DNA from: Nitrososphaeraceae archaeon
GTDB lineage: Archaea; Thermoproteota; Nitrososphaeria; Nitrososphaerales; Nitrososphaeraceae
Reading direction: 5' to 3'
Length of the DNA: 64,000 nucleotides
Assembly: GCA_035250975.1 (NCBI GenBank)
Contig: DATFEP010000012.1
Coordinates: 1 to 64,000, forward strand
The notes under the pieces were generated by a model. That model saw only the letters and a list, made by a program, of their open reading frames with translations. It was not told where the DNA came from and did no database searches. A program made the position numbers and the translations under genes. Every line of letters begins with the position of its first letter. Positions within the stretch are counted from its first letter, which is position 1. Positions 42,261 through 52,576 of the stretch are shown piece by piece.

Positions 42261-43832
42261 ATGAATTCAGCTTCGGCGAATTCTATATTGTTAGATATAT
42301 CTACTTTCTTAGCAAGAAGATGGTCTGATAATCCAAAGGTTATTGTTTCTTTATCAGATGACAAACAACCATATACGGATATAGACCGACAACAGATCTT
42401 TCTTCCTAAACTAAATTACTTTCATGGTGAAGAATTTGATAGGTATAGGCAATGGAGAGTAACTCTTTGGTACGAGGCGATGAAGATAAAATATTGTACA
42501 AAAGTTAAGGCATCAAGTAAAGAACATGCTTATGGTTTTATTCTTAGTTGTCTAGAAACAAAAAGAGTTGAAATATTGGGACTTGAAATATGGCAAGGAA
42601 TGACTAATGAAATAATTTTCTACGAAGCCATGTCATGGATAACAAAACCTTTATTAAACACTATTTATGGCAGACACAAATTAATTGAAGCTTTTTCACA
42701 ATATTTTCTGACAGGATATATGAAGGGCGAATTATTTGGTAATGAATTTGAGAGAGTAAAAAATGCTGCAGACTATGCGAATCAATGCATCAAGGACGCT
42801 ATTGAGGGAAGAAGGGGAACGGAGTGGATATATGGCCAAGTAAAAGAAATTATTAAAAGATTACAAATAGATCCGTTATTGTCCATTCCAATAACCTCCC
42901 CAAGATCAAAAATAGGTATGGGTATGACAAAATCAGAACTTGTAAAACAGATAGAAAAAATCGTGAAATCAAAGCTAATGAATAAGGAATTTGATAAAGC
43001 GGTTAAAGAAATAATTCAAGCAAATGATGTAATAAAAGAATACGAAACTCTCATAAAGGAAAGTAAAAAATCAGAAACTAAAGGATATGATAGTTTAGAA
43101 AACTTTGACATAAGCATACCAAGTAAAACAGATGTAAATGAATCAGAAATATACGATGTAGAATTGATTCAGAAAATAAAATCTGCGTTTAGGGACTGGA
43201 AATCTGGTTGGATAGAAGTTCACGAAGATAAAGGAGAAGAATTAGATGTAGAAACATATTTAGATTCTCACCATAAACCTTTCATTACAGATCATAAAAT
43301 TTCAATTAGAACAAGAGTTGTAATTTTACTTGATCATTCAAGCAGTATTGAGGATGTCGAATTAAAATACAAACAAGCCACAGTTGCATTATGTGAAGCA
43401 TTGGACTATTTAGGTATTGAATTTTCTGTATTTGCATTTAGTACCGAATTGAAAAGGGTAAAATGTTGGCTTATAAAACCTCCAAGGGTCCCATGGTCTA
43501 TATCTAACGCAAGAAGATTAGTTCAAATTAGAGCGAGTGGAGGTACACCGTTAGCTGAGATCTATTCAATTTTATTGCGATTTATTAGATCCTTCAAACC
43601 AAACATAATGATCACGCTAACAGACGGTGAACCTTCAAACTACGAAGCAGTTAAGGAGATGGTATTGAAATATAGAAGCATGTCTATCCATATGGCTGCT
43701 CTAGGGGTTGGCAAAGATATGAACGATCTAATAAATATTGGTCACAATTTAAAATATTTGAATTATAATAAGACATTAGCTACTAGAGTTGAGGATATTC
43801 CAAAGAAAGTAATTAATTTACTTAAGATATAA
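42261..43832 (+). CDS. VWA-domain adaptor protein, CbbO/NorD-like architecture
   Basis: N-terminal helical region with LE..RVE; C-terminal MIDAS DHSSS, GGTPL, LTDGEP. Confidence 0.82.
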   Translation: MNSASANSILLDISTFLARRWSDNPKVIVSLSDDKQPYTDIDRQQIFLPKLNYFHGEEFDRYRQWRVTLWYEAMKIKYCTKVKASSKEHAYGFILSCLETKRVEILGLEIWQGMTNEIIFYEAMSWITKPLLNTIYGRHKLIEAFSQYFLTGYMKGELFGNEFERVKNAADYANQCIKDAIEGRRGTEWIYGQVKEIIKRLQIDPLLSIPITSPRSKIGMGMTKSELVKQIEKIVKSKLMNKEFDKAVKEIIQANDVIKEYETLIKESKKSETKGYDSLENFDISIPSKTDVNESEIYDVELIQKIKSAFRDWKSGWIEVHEDKGEELDVETYLDSHHKPFITDHKISIRTRVVILLDHSSSIEDVELKYKQATVALCEALDYLGIEFSVFAFSTELKRVKCWLIKPPRVPWSISNARRLVQIRASGGTPLAEIYSILLRFIRSFKPNIMITLTDGEPSNYEAVKEMVLKYRSMSIHMAALGVGKDMNDLINIGHNLKYLNYNKTLATRVEDIPKKVINLLKI

Positions 43833-43849
43833 ATAAAATGAGATAATTT

Positions 43850-44506
43850 TCACCTAATAATCTTTTTCTGCAAATTTTCCCAATCAGAGAGAAAAATCTT
43901 AAGACCTTTATCGGTTAGAGGATGTGAAAGCATTTTCCCTAAGATTTCAGGTGGCAAAGTAACCACATCAGCTCCAATTTTTGCAGATTCAATCACATGA
44001 ATTGGATGTCGTATACTTGCAACAAGAATTTTGGATTCGTATTGATAATTTTTAAAAATTTGATGTATTTCTTTAATGATAGCCATGCCTTCTTGACCAG
44101 AATCATCTATTCTACCAATAAAAGGACTGACATAAGATGCGCCGGCCTTGGCCGCTAGAATAGCTTGACTAGCTGAAAAAACCAAAGTGACATTGGTCTT
44201 TATACCGATGTCAGTTAATTGCTTTACAGCCTTCAATCCTGCAGGAATCATTGGAATTTTTACTATGACGTTAGAACCATATTTTTTCAGATTGTGAGCC
44301 TCTTCAATCATTTGTTCCGTTTCTGTTGCTATCACTTCTAGATTAACTGGACCTTTAACGATATTTACTATCTCATGCATTATATCTTCTGGATTACCAT
44401 CTTCTTTAGAAAGTAGAGTAGGATTGGTTGTGATGCCATCAACCATGCCCATTTCATTATAATGACGTATAGATTTTAAATTAGCAGTATCAAGAAAGAT
44501 TTCCAT
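43850..44506 (-). CDS. tal: Transaldolase (TalC/FSA-type)
   Basis: IFLDTAN, GITTNPTL, VKIP Schiff-base Lys, YVSPFIGRIDD, ASIR; start set at MEIFLD. Confidence 0.93.
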   Translation of the reverse strand: MEIFLDTANLKSIRHYNEMGMVDGITTNPTLLSKEDGNPEDIMHEIVNIVKGPVNLEVIATETEQMIEEAHNLKKYGSNVIVKIPMIPAGLKAVKQLTDIGIKTNVTLVFSASQAILAAKAGASYVSPFIGRIDDSGQEGMAIIKEIHQIFKNYQYESKILVASIRHPIHVIESAKIGADVVTLPPEILGKMLSHPLTDKGLKIFLSDWENLQKKIIR

Positions 44507-45470
44507 TTTTAATTCTATACAGAGTAGATAGAACATGCTGTTCTATTTCTTTTTCGGTTAATCCATACTTTTCCAGCAAGAGATTTAATTCTGAATCTCG
44601 TGCAGATTCTCCAAATATATCTTTTATCCCAAGACGTTTAACATAACAAGGATATTCTTCAGAACATATTTCAGTAACTGCACTGCCAAGTCCTCCAATG
44701 TAATTATGTTCTTCAATGGTGATGATATATCCAGTTTCCTTAGCAGCTGCAATCACAAGACCACGATCAATAGGTTTTATTGAATAGCAATCTATAACTC
44801 TACAAGAAATACCATGATTTTTTTTCAGATTATCGGCTGCTTGTAATGATTTGTATACCATTAATCCGCAACTAATTATAGTCATATCTGAACCCTCACG
44901 TAGAATATTTCCTTTTCCTATCTTAAAGTCAGAATCATTTTCTTCATAAAGAATTTCACTAGAAGGTCTAGCAAGTCTTATATAGAAAGGTCCTGGAATG
45001 TCAACAATGTTTTTAATAAGTCTTGTAACAGATACTGCATCTGAAGGTATTATTACTTTCATGTTAGGTATGGATCTCATGATTGCAATATCTTCTATCT
45101 GTTGATGGGAAGCTCCATCTGGACCTACAGTTAAACCTGCATGAGATACAACTAACTTTACATTTAGGTCAGGATAACATATAGCATTTCTTATTTGATC
45201 TAGACATCTCCCAGGTAAGAAAGCAGCGTAGGTACTTGCGAATGCAATTTTCCCAGTCATTGCCAAGCCTGCAGCGATAGAAACTAGATTAGCTTCTGCT
45301 ATTCCGATGTTGAAAAATCTTTCTGGGAATTTATCTCCAAATTTTTTCGTTTTAAGTGAATCAGTAGTGTCAGCGCCAACACATACAATGTTTTTGTTAA
45401 TCATACCTAATTCAGCTAATGTGTTCCCATAAGCTGACCTCATATCTGCAAACTTTACACTAGAGTTCAT
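44490..45470 (-). CDS. Transketolase, C-terminal (pyrimidine-binding) subunit
   Basis: GIAEAN, GPDGASHQ, EEH...GGLGSAV. Confidence 0.93.
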   Translation of the reverse strand: MNSSVKFADMRSAYGNTLAELGMINKNIVCVGADTTDSLKTKKFGDKFPERFFNIGIAEANLVSIAAGLAMTGKIAFASTYAAFLPGRCLDQIRNAICYPDLNVKLVVSHAGLTVGPDGASHQQIEDIAIMRSIPNMKVIIPSDAVSVTRLIKNIVDIPGPFYIRLARPSSEILYEENDSDFKIGKGNILREGSDMTIISCGLMVYKSLQAADNLKKNHGISCRVIDCYSIKPIDRGLVIAAAKETGYIITIEEHNYIGGLGSAVTEICSEEYPCYVKRLGIKDIFGESARDSELNLLLEKYGLTEKEIEQHVLSTLYRIKNGNLS

Positions 45471-47097
45471 TTATTTCATCCTCTATACCAAGTTCATTTG
45501 CAAGTGGTATCAAGATATGTTTACGTGCAATTAACCAATCTTTTCTTATATTATAATCATCCGCTTTGCGTAAAAGATTTCTTTCCAAGGTAACATTAGT
45601 TTTATGTCTCAATTGTATTATAGCTGAATTAATATCACTATTTGAAAATACTGCACTTCCGGCTACCATGATTCTAGCTCCTGCATCATAAACTTGCTGA
45701 ACAGTAGATGCATCTATTCCCCCATCAGCCTCGATATATCCCTTGAATCCATGATTTTTTAAGATCTTATTTAAATTGAAAATCTTCGATGTAGTTTCCG
45801 GAATAAATTTTTGTCCTGAAAACCCAGGATGAACTGACATTATTATTATTACATCAATGGAATTTAGAATAGGAAATACCCATTTTGGAAAGGTAGTTTC
45901 TGGATTTATAGCAATACCAAAGCTAATTCCATGAGACAATACTTTGTCTCTTATGCAGATAAACTGCTCTTCATTGCATGTTTCGGGGTGGACTGTAATA
46001 ATATCACATGACGCATCGATATATTCATGAATGTATTCGTAAGGATTTTCAATCATAAGATGGGTGTCAAATGGGAGATTGGTTATAGGTCTTAATTTTT
46101 TTATGGTATCGGCTAAGAAGGTGGTATTTGGAACGAATTTACCGTCCATTACATCCAGATGAATCATATCAGCCCCAGCACGTTCGGCTTTTCTTATCTT
46201 TTCTTCATAATTTTCCTTTTCACCAGCGATTATTGATGGAGATATCATATATTCGCCTTCCAATTCTTGTATTAATAGTGGACTTTGTTTATGATGTGGT
46301 GCTCTGCCATGCCATTGAGGGTTATTTGCCATATGTTTAATTCCATTACCTTTGATCGTGTTTGCAATTATAATGGTAGGTTTGTCCTTGATTTGACCAG
46401 CTTTATTTAATGCATCCATTATTTGTTCTATCTTATGACCATTGATTTCTATTACATTCCAATTAAACGCTAGCCATTTATCACGCACAGGATCTATTGG
46501 CATAATATCTTCTGTAAATCCATCTTGCTGGATCCTATTTCGATCTAGGAACACAACTAGATTATCAAGTTTAAATTTAGGCGCAGTCATTGCAGCTTCC
46601 CATATCTGACCCTCATTGGTCTCTCCATCTCCTAATAGAACATAAACACGGTTTTTTTTGTTATCGATAATATTAGATAAAGCAATTCCTATTGATACAG
46701 AAAGTCCTATACCTTCAGAACCTGCAGAATATTCTACACCAGGTAGAGAATGATTCTCGAGGTATTTAGAGTATCTAACTGGATGACCTTGCAGTCTTGA
46801 ACCGAATTTTCTTAGATTTTTCATTTCGTCAGTTGGAAAATATCCAGCAACTGCCAATGTTGCGTAGAAGCCAGGTGCAGAATGACCTTTGGAATTGATA
46901 AAATAATCTCGACCTGACCATTCAGGATTTGAAGGATCGTGTTTCAATATTCTAAAATACAACACGCCCATTATCTCGGCTGCAGAAAAGGATGCGCCTG
47001 GGTGACCCGACCCTGCTTCCGCTATTCCTTTGATAGCATTTATCCTTATTTCACGGATTTTTGCTTTCATATCCAAATAACGCATGCTAAATCCCAT
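45460..47097 (-). CDS. Fusion of transketolase N-terminal subunit and ribulose-phosphate 3-epimerase
   Basis: SGHPG, SKGH, LQGHP, GDGE..EG TPP motif, WHG; then SPSI, HLDVMDGKFVPN, DTHLMI, MSVHPGFSGQKF, EADGG, VAGSAVF. Confidence 0.93.
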   Translation of the reverse strand: MGFSMRYLDMKAKIREIRINAIKGIAEAGSGHPGASFSAAEIMGVLYFRILKHDPSNPEWSGRDYFINSKGHSAPGFYATLAVAGYFPTDEMKNLRKFGSRLQGHPVRYSKYLENHSLPGVEYSAGSEGIGLSVSIGIALSNIIDNKKNRVYVLLGDGETNEGQIWEAAMTAPKFKLDNLVVFLDRNRIQQDGFTEDIMPIDPVRDKWLAFNWNVIEINGHKIEQIMDALNKAGQIKDKPTIIIANTIKGNGIKHMANNPQWHGRAPHHKQSPLLIQELEGEYMISPSIIAGEKENYEEKIRKAERAGADMIHLDVMDGKFVPNTTFLADTIKKLRPITNLPFDTHLMIENPYEYIHEYIDASCDIITVHPETCNEEQFICIRDKVLSHGISFGIAINPETTFPKWVFPILNSIDVIIIMSVHPGFSGQKFIPETTSKIFNLNKILKNHGFKGYIEADGGIDASTVQQVYDAGARIMVAGSAVFSNSDINSAIIQLRHKTNVTLERNLLRKADDYNIRKDWLIARKHILIPLANELGIEDEINEL

Positions 47098-47254
47098 AAG
47101 CTAACCTTCAAACCACTTGAGTGGAATATTGGAACAAAATAACACGGTAGATAAAAATCTAGCTGGTTCATTAGTAATAAATATGCAGTCCTATTTTACA
47201 AACAGGAAAAATAATTCAATAGTTTAAAATATTCTAATTAGGAATTCAAAAGGG

Positions 47255-48730
47255 ATGTTAAGAATAAGAGCAGATGAAACAAAAATAGAAAAAAAAAATT
47301 CGCAAGTATTGGTCATAGGTTATTTTGAAGATGAAGATTATTCCCAGTTATTTCATAGTCTAAATAAGGAAATAGTAAAGGCAGGAAGACACTTTCTTGA
47401 TAAATATAGTTCAAAATTTGGGTGTATGTCTGAATTAAATACATTATCAAGAATGCCAGCTCAAAATATTTTATTTGTTGGATTGGCAAAAAAAACCGAT
47501 TTTAATGCAGAAAAAGCAAGAATAATTTCAGGAAAAATAGTACAATATTTAAAGGAATTTGATATAAAAGAATTTTCAATTGTTCCTTTTGATTTTTCCG
47601 ACGAAATAATAGAGGCAATTACCGAGGGAATAATTCTATCTTCGTATTCCTTTGATAAATATAAAACAAAGAGCGAAAAAAATCATCTTCATACGGTAGC
47701 AATACTTTGTAATTCAAAGTCCAAACATTTTCAAACGATTATTGATAGAGCTTCGATAATTTCAGAAACAGTGAATTTTGCTAGAGATATAAGTAATTTA
47801 CCGCCTAACGAATGTACCCCTGAGTATCTAGCAAAAATTGCAATAAATATTAACAAAAAAGCAATTGAAACAAAAATTATTGACTTAAAGAAAATGAAAT
47901 TACTTGGATTGAATGGAATAACATCTGTAGGAAGAGGAAGTAAAAATCAACCAAAACTAATCATAATGGAGTATCATGGAAACAAAAATAATGAAAATCC
48001 AATTTTACTTGTAGGCAAGGCTGTAACATTTGATTCTGGAGGGATATCTATTAAACCTAGCGAACGGATGGAGGAGATGAAATTTGACAAATGTGGTGGA
48101 GTGAATATTATTGCCATTATGAAAGCATTATCAATACTAAAACCCAACATCTATGTAATAGGAATAGTTCCGTCCGTGGAAAATATGCCATCAGATTCTT
48201 CATACAAACCGAGTGACATTATTGAAATGCATAATGAAAAGAAAGTAGAAGTATTAAATACTGACGCCGAAGGCAGATTGATTCTTGCTGATGCGTTATC
48301 TTATGGGATAAGTACATACAAGCCAAAATTGGCAATTGATATGGCTACACTGACAGGAGCATGTGTAATCGCATTAGGATCAAATGTTGCTGGAATAATA
48401 GGTACTAATTCAGAGTTAATTAAAAAGATTATCGACCATTCCAATAATACCGATGAGAAATTGTGGGAATTACCTTTATTTGAGGAATTTCATGAACAGA
48501 TAAAAAGTAATTCTGCAGATATAAAAAATATGGGCGGAAGATCTGGAGGAGCAATAACCGCAGCTGCATTTTTATCGAATTTTGTAGGTGATGTGCCATG
48601 GGCACATATTGATATTGCAGGAACTGCATGGAATCAAGAAGGAACATTGTCTAAATCATATAATCCAAAAGGAGCCACAGGTTTCGGAATAAGAACTATT
48701 ATTAAATTCCTACTAGTGAATATGAAGTAA
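47255..48730 (+). CDS. pepA: Leucyl aminopeptidase (M17)
   Basis: VGKAVTFDSGG, MKFDK, NTDAEGRL, ATLTGA, HIDIAG. Confidence 0.95.
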   Translation: MLRIRADETKIEKKNSQVLVIGYFEDEDYSQLFHSLNKEIVKAGRHFLDKYSSKFGCMSELNTLSRMPAQNILFVGLAKKTDFNAEKARIISGKIVQYLKEFDIKEFSIVPFDFSDEIIEAITEGIILSSYSFDKYKTKSEKNHLHTVAILCNSKSKHFQTIIDRASIISETVNFARDISNLPPNECTPEYLAKIAININKKAIETKIIDLKKMKLLGLNGITSVGRGSKNQPKLIIMEYHGNKNNENPILLVGKAVTFDSGGISIKPSERMEEMKFDKCGGVNIIAIMKALSILKPNIYVIGIVPSVENMPSDSSYKPSDIIEMHNEKKVEVLNTDAEGRLILADALSYGISTYKPKLAIDMATLTGACVIALGSNVAGIIGTNSELIKKIIDHSNNTDEKLWELPLFEEFHEQIKSNSADIKNMGGRSGGAITAAAFLSNFVGDVPWAHIDIAGTAWNQEGTLSKSYNPKGATGFGIRTIIKFLLVNMK

Positions 48731-48790
48731 TAATATCTTAAAAATGCAAAATACCCATTTAGTATGAAATATTGACACATATATCTAGAA

Positions 48791-48905
48791 CGCCAGCACT
48801 GCCTTTTCCCAACCACTCACGTAGGTCAGTATTAGGCAGCGACGACAGGTTTGACTTCCGGGTTCGGTATGGGACCGGGTCGCGCCCTGCCACTATGACC
48901 GGCTA
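48791..48905 (-). rRNA. rrf: 5S rRNA (stand-alone)
   Basis: Minus strand GCCGGTCATAGTGGCAGGG...CCCATACCGAACCCGGAAGTCAAACC...GTGCTGGC with a complementary terminal helix. Confidence 0.95.
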
Positions 48906-49032
48906 TAAATAGCAACTATTATGTTTAATTTAATCTTTTTTAATATTCGTAGACCATTAGAAATTAGAAAACAATCAACCTAAACCTAGCAAGAGATATA
49001 ATACATATCGCAAAAAATAAAAGTGAAGAAAG

Positions 49033-50829
49033 TTGAATGATGCATCTTCTAGAGTAGCCGTATTGGATGAAGAATTATGCAAACCCAAGAAATGTGGATT
49101 AGAATGCATAATCTATTGTCCTATTAATAAAACAGGAGGAGAATGTATTATTCAGAGACCAGGTGATGGCAAGGCGGTAATTTCAGAAGATCTATGTACT
49201 GGATGTGGAATATGTGTAAAGAAATGTCCATTCGAAGCAATAGTTATAGTAAATTTACCAAAAGAACTAGGAGAACATAAGATCCATCAATATGGAATTA
49301 ATTCATTCAGATTATATCATTTACCAACTCCCAAAAAGGGATCTGTAGTAGGTTTGCTTGGAAGGAACGGAATGGGTAAATCTACCATAATAAACATATT
49401 ATCCGGTAACTTGAAACCCAATTTTGGAGAATATAATGAAAAGATTCAGTGGAATAACGTGATTGAAAATTTTCATGGAAATGAATTGAAGGCATATTTT
49501 GAAAATTTAGCAAATGGAAATCTGAAACTATCTATAAAACCTCAATTAGTGTATAAAATACCTAAATTTTTCAATGGAACCGCAAAAGAAATGCTAAAAA
49601 AATTTGACGAGTTAGATATGTTTGATCTAATATCCGAAGAATTAGGATTGAAGAATTCATTGAGTAAAAATGTTAGCGAATTAAGTGGCGGAGAATTACA
49701 GAGGTTAGCTGTGGCAGTTACCACAATAAAAGATGCAGATTATTATTTTTTTGATGAGCCTTCTTCTTATAATGACATATATCAGAGATTGGCGGTAGCT
49801 AAAGTAATTCAGAGTTTAGCAAAAAGAGGAAAAAGTGTTATGGTCATTGAACATGATCTTACATTATTAGATTATTTGTCTGATTATATTCATATATTAT
49901 ATGGGGAACCTGGAGCTTATGGAATAGTGTCTAGTTTGCAGTCTACTAAAGTGGGAATAAACAATTTTCTTGATGGATTTATTCCTTCTGAAAATGTACG
50001 ATTTAGAGAAAAAAAATTTAGGTTTGATTCTTTTAGTCCAACGGAAGATTTATTACAAAATACCATTGTTACTCAATATTCTAATTTAATAAAAAGATTT
50101 GATTCCTTTATGGTTAAAATCAGATCTGGACGGATAAGAAAGGGAGAGGTAATTGGAGTTACAGGTGCTAATGCACTAGGGAAAACAACCTTTATGAAGA
50201 TAATGGCAGGTATAGAAAAAACTGATGAGGGAGTCGTAGAGATTAATCCTAGAATATCATATAAACCACAATATATAAGTCAGGATTATGACGGTGATGT
50301 TAAGTCATTATTATATTCTCGTTACCAAAATGTGATCGAGGGAAGTTCTGTTGAAGAACAGATAATTATTCCTATGGGTATAAAAAAATTATATGAGAAA
50401 AATTTTAAAAATTTAAGCGGAGGAGAACTACAGAAAGTAGCGATCACTGCTACTTTAATGCAAGATGCTGAAATTTATGCATTTGATGAACCATCTGCTT
50501 TCATAGATATAGAAGAAAGAATAGCGTTGGCAAAATTTATTCAAAGATTTGTAAGGGCACAAAATAAATCAGCTATAATTATTGACCACGATATGCAATT
50601 GATAGATATTGTTTCCGATACATTAATAATCTTTGAAGGGATTCCAGGAATAGAAGGTTACGCTTCTGAACCGATGTCTAAAGTAAAAGGGATGAACCAG
50701 TTCCTAAAAAATCTATCAATTACTTATAGAAGAGATGATAGTACAGGAAGACCTAGGATAAACAAGGATATGAGTAGACTCGACAAAGTTCAAAAAGGAT
50801 CAGGAGAGTATTACTATTTAAATAGATAA
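49033..50829 (+). CDS. Ribosome recycling ATPase ABCE1/RLI
   Basis: N-terminal Fe-S Cys clusters; two ABC domains (GRNGMGKS, GANALGKT, LSGGELQ x2). Confidence 0.96.
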   Translation: MNDASSRVAVLDEELCKPKKCGLECIIYCPINKTGGECIIQRPGDGKAVISEDLCTGCGICVKKCPFEAIVIVNLPKELGEHKIHQYGINSFRLYHLPTPKKGSVVGLLGRNGMGKSTIINILSGNLKPNFGEYNEKIQWNNVIENFHGNELKAYFENLANGNLKLSIKPQLVYKIPKFFNGTAKEMLKKFDELDMFDLISEELGLKNSLSKNVSELSGGELQRLAVAVTTIKDADYYFFDEPSSYNDIYQRLAVAKVIQSLAKRGKSVMVIEHDLTLLDYLSDYIHILYGEPGAYGIVSSLQSTKVGINNFLDGFIPSENVRFREKKFRFDSFSPTEDLLQNTIVTQYSNLIKRFDSFMVKIRSGRIRKGEVIGVTGANALGKTTFMKIMAGIEKTDEGVVEINPRISYKPQYISQDYDGDVKSLLYSRYQNVIEGSSVEEQIIIPMGIKKLYEKNFKNLSGGELQKVAITATLMQDAEIYAFDEPSAFIDIEERIALAKFIQRFVRAQNKSAIIIDHDMQLIDIVSDTLIIFEGIPGIEGYASEPMSKVKGMNQFLKNLSITYRRDDSTGRPRINKDMSRLDKVQKGSGEYYYLNR

Positions 50830-50834
50830 AAAAT

Positions 50835-51674
50835 ATGCCACGTATGCTTAAAGAAACATTAAAAGATATTTTGACAATTGACGAAATTACTAAAGTATAT
50901 TCATCTTTTGATATTATTGGAGATATTGTTATTATTAAGATTCCAGACATTCTTCTTTCCAAGAAAGAAATAATCGCAAATACGTTATTGAAAAAGATCA
51001 AATCCGTAAACACGGTATTTCAACAAATATCACCAGTACAAGGTGACTATCGAATAAGGCAATTAGAATTTTTGGCAGGAGAAGAGAAAACCATTACAGA
51101 ATACAAGGAACATGGATGTATTTTCAAGGTAGATGTTTCAAAAACATATTTTTCACCACGTTTATCAACAGAAAGACTGAGGATTTCTAGATTAATAAAA
51201 GATAAAGAAGTGATAGTAAATATGTTTGGAGGTATTGGTACATATTCTATAATACTGGCTAAAAAAACAAATTGCACAGTACATACTATTGATTCAAATC
51301 CTACTGCTACAGAACTTTGTTTAGCTAATACTAAATTGAATAGGGTTGAAAATAGAGTTATTCCGATTCTTGGAGATGTAGCTGAAGTAATACCAAATAA
51401 ACTAGCAGGTATCGCTACAAGAGTTCTAATGCCTCTTCCAGAGAGAGCTTTTGAATTTATTGATTTAGCAATTTTAGCACTTAAAAACAAGAAGGGAATA
51501 ATTCACTTTTTTGCTCATATAAAATCCCATAATAAATTATGCTCACTAGAAGAAGGTAAAAAATATAGTAATAATGTGTTTGGATCTTATAACAGTAGAA
51601 TTGTTTCGTGCAGAGTAGTAAGAGAAGTAGGTCCTAGAATTTACCAAATCGTGACTGATATAGAGTTATTTTAA
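50835..51674 (+). CDS. tRNA methyltransferase, Trm5/TYW2 family
   Basis: DIIGDI, YFSPRLSTER, MFGGIG, MPLP. Confidence 0.88.
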   Translation: MPRMLKETLKDILTIDEITKVYSSFDIIGDIVIIKIPDILLSKKEIIANTLLKKIKSVNTVFQQISPVQGDYRIRQLEFLAGEEKTITEYKEHGCIFKVDVSKTYFSPRLSTERLRISRLIKDKEVIVNMFGGIGTYSIILAKKTNCTVHTIDSNPTATELCLANTKLNRVENRVIPILGDVAEVIPNKLAGIATRVLMPLPERAFEFIDLAILALKNKKGIIHFFAHIKSHNKLCSLEEGKKYSNNVFGSYNSRIVSCRVVREVGPRIYQIVTDIELF

Positions 51675-51685
51675 TTTTTTTGGAT

Positions 51686-51898
51686 CTAGTTATCAGGTAA
51701 TTCGGTATTTTGAGTTGAGGATACCATAGTATAACCTATCCAAACAAATACAGTAATAACTACACCAACTGTAGCTGTGATGGTAAGTTTAATTATTAAT
51801 AGATCCAGATGAGAGGAAAATAACAAATAAACATATATGAAAAATAACAACGAAGGAACAGTCAAAAGAAAGATTCCTGTAGTTTTATTACCTTTCAT
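51686..51898 (-). CDS. Small two-TM membrane protein
   Basis: Two hydrophobic helices, WIGYTM motif. Confidence 0.7.
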   Translation of the reverse strand: MKGNKTTGIFLLTVPSLLFFIYVYLLFSSHLDLLIIKLTITATVGVVITVFVWIGYTMVSSTQNTELPDN

Positions 51899-51936
51899 TC
51901 TTATAAAAGAACCACATTGAGATAATATATATATCT

Positions 51937-52434
51937 CTAACTAAGGTCTCGTGACATCAAATAAGCATCTTCACCATCTCGATAATATGAACTAAGTCTG
52001 GATTTAATCATAAAGCCAATATCTTGATATAATTTAACTGCTATTTCGTTACTCACTCTTACTTCCAAATAAATTTCATCACTCTTTCTCCTAAGAATTC
52101 CGTTAATTCCTTCCAACATTAACGCTTTTCCTATTCCTTTTCCTCTATGTTCCTCCAATACAGCAATTGATACAACATGTCCTTTTTTTACAAAACCAAG
52201 CTTACGAAAATTCGAAAAACCAAATTCTATTTTGCACATGATATAGCCCACAATCTGATTTTTAAATTCTGCAACAATGAAAGCTTCAGGTAATTCTGTC
52301 AAAATTGAGCTAAAAAAATAATCAGAATAATGTTCTGGAAGTGTCCTAAGATTTATGTTTATCACAAATTCAAGGTCTTTCGCTTCACAGTGACGAATAA
52401 TATAGTCACCAATATTTCTGAGTACAGATTGCAA
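51937..52434 (-). CDS. Protein N-terminal acetyltransferase, Ard1/RimI (GNAT)
   Basis: LPEHY, GHVVSIAV, RGKGIG, LEVRVSN, YYRDGEDA. Confidence 0.92.
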   Translation of the reverse strand: MQSVLRNIGDYIIRHCEAKDLEFVININLRTLPEHYSDYFFSSILTELPEAFIVAEFKNQIVGYIMCKIEFGFSNFRKLGFVKKGHVVSIAVLEEHRGKGIGKALMLEGINGILRRKSDEIYLEVRVSNEIAVKLYQDIGFMIKSRLSSYYRDGEDAYLMSRDLS

Positions 52435-52576
52435 ATGTATTATGAGTAATTTTGATAAAGTATATAACTTTATATAGACAGTAAATTAAAAAATGAATCG
52501 ATAAAATGACATCTTATACAGATTACATGTTTCTATGTTCTACACATAAAAGAATTCTTTAATATCAATTTATCAT

